From NCBI GenBank assembly GCA_964270895.1, contig OZ185442.1: a DNA stretch of 64,000 bases, one strand, 5' to 3'. Shown one piece after another: positions 63,684-64,000 of this stretch. Source of the DNA: Podarcis filfolensis (Eukaryota). Both the position numbers and the translations under genes were made by a program. The notes under the pieces were generated by a model. It had not been told where the DNA came from, did not search any database, and saw only the letters and a list, made by a program, of their open reading frames with translations. How positions within the stretch are numbered: position 1 is the stretch's first letter; each line of letters begins with the position of its first letter.

Positions 63684-64000
63684 AAAACCTATTGGACACA
63701 CCTTTTAGGCACAGGACAAACAAAGTGTGGGCAAATCCTTAGGCAATGCGGATGCCTGTCCTACATCAGTAGCCACCAGCCGGATGGCTGAACAAGAACA
63801 AAAGCCCAAGTGCGGGGAGGAAGCCTCAGCCTCTGTGCTTGGCAGTAGAAGGAGCCCGGCCCTTCCTGCCCATCCATCACTGCCCATTCAGTTACCCCTG
63901 GGCTCTCAACCTCCTGGAGCAGGCCTGGCTGCTTTTCAGTCTCCCAGCAGAAGGTTACTGTTGGACGGAGACTGATGTCTTAGCAGGAAGGGTTTGGTTT

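Overview
Vertebrate genomic DNA, most likely a squamate (lacertid-like) lizard judging from its SINE, MITE and LINE content. It is syntenic with human 16q22. Gene order is ATXN1L (-), AP1G1 (+), MARVELD3 (-), TAT (+). ATXN1L has a single coding exon (661 aa). AP1G1 has 22 constitutive coding exons plus a 9-nt NEK microexon and hosts an intronic SNORD71 orthologue. MARVELD3 has 2 coding exons (284 aa). TAT has 11 coding exons (456 aa). All splice junctions were read by hand and give continuous frames. Main anomalies: (1) no room for PHLPP2 between AP1G1 and MARVELD3, where mammals carry it; (2) a probable decayed CHST4 at its syntenic position downstream of TAT; (3) only one of the two mammalian MARVELD3 terminal exons is visible; (4) a GRE + C/EBP + FOXA cluster about 2.9 kb upstream of TAT, at an L1 junction; (5) a SINE>hAT-MITE>L1 triple nested insertion with both target-site duplications readable. 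Comparisons with human genes rest on recalled sequence and synteny, not on searches I ran.
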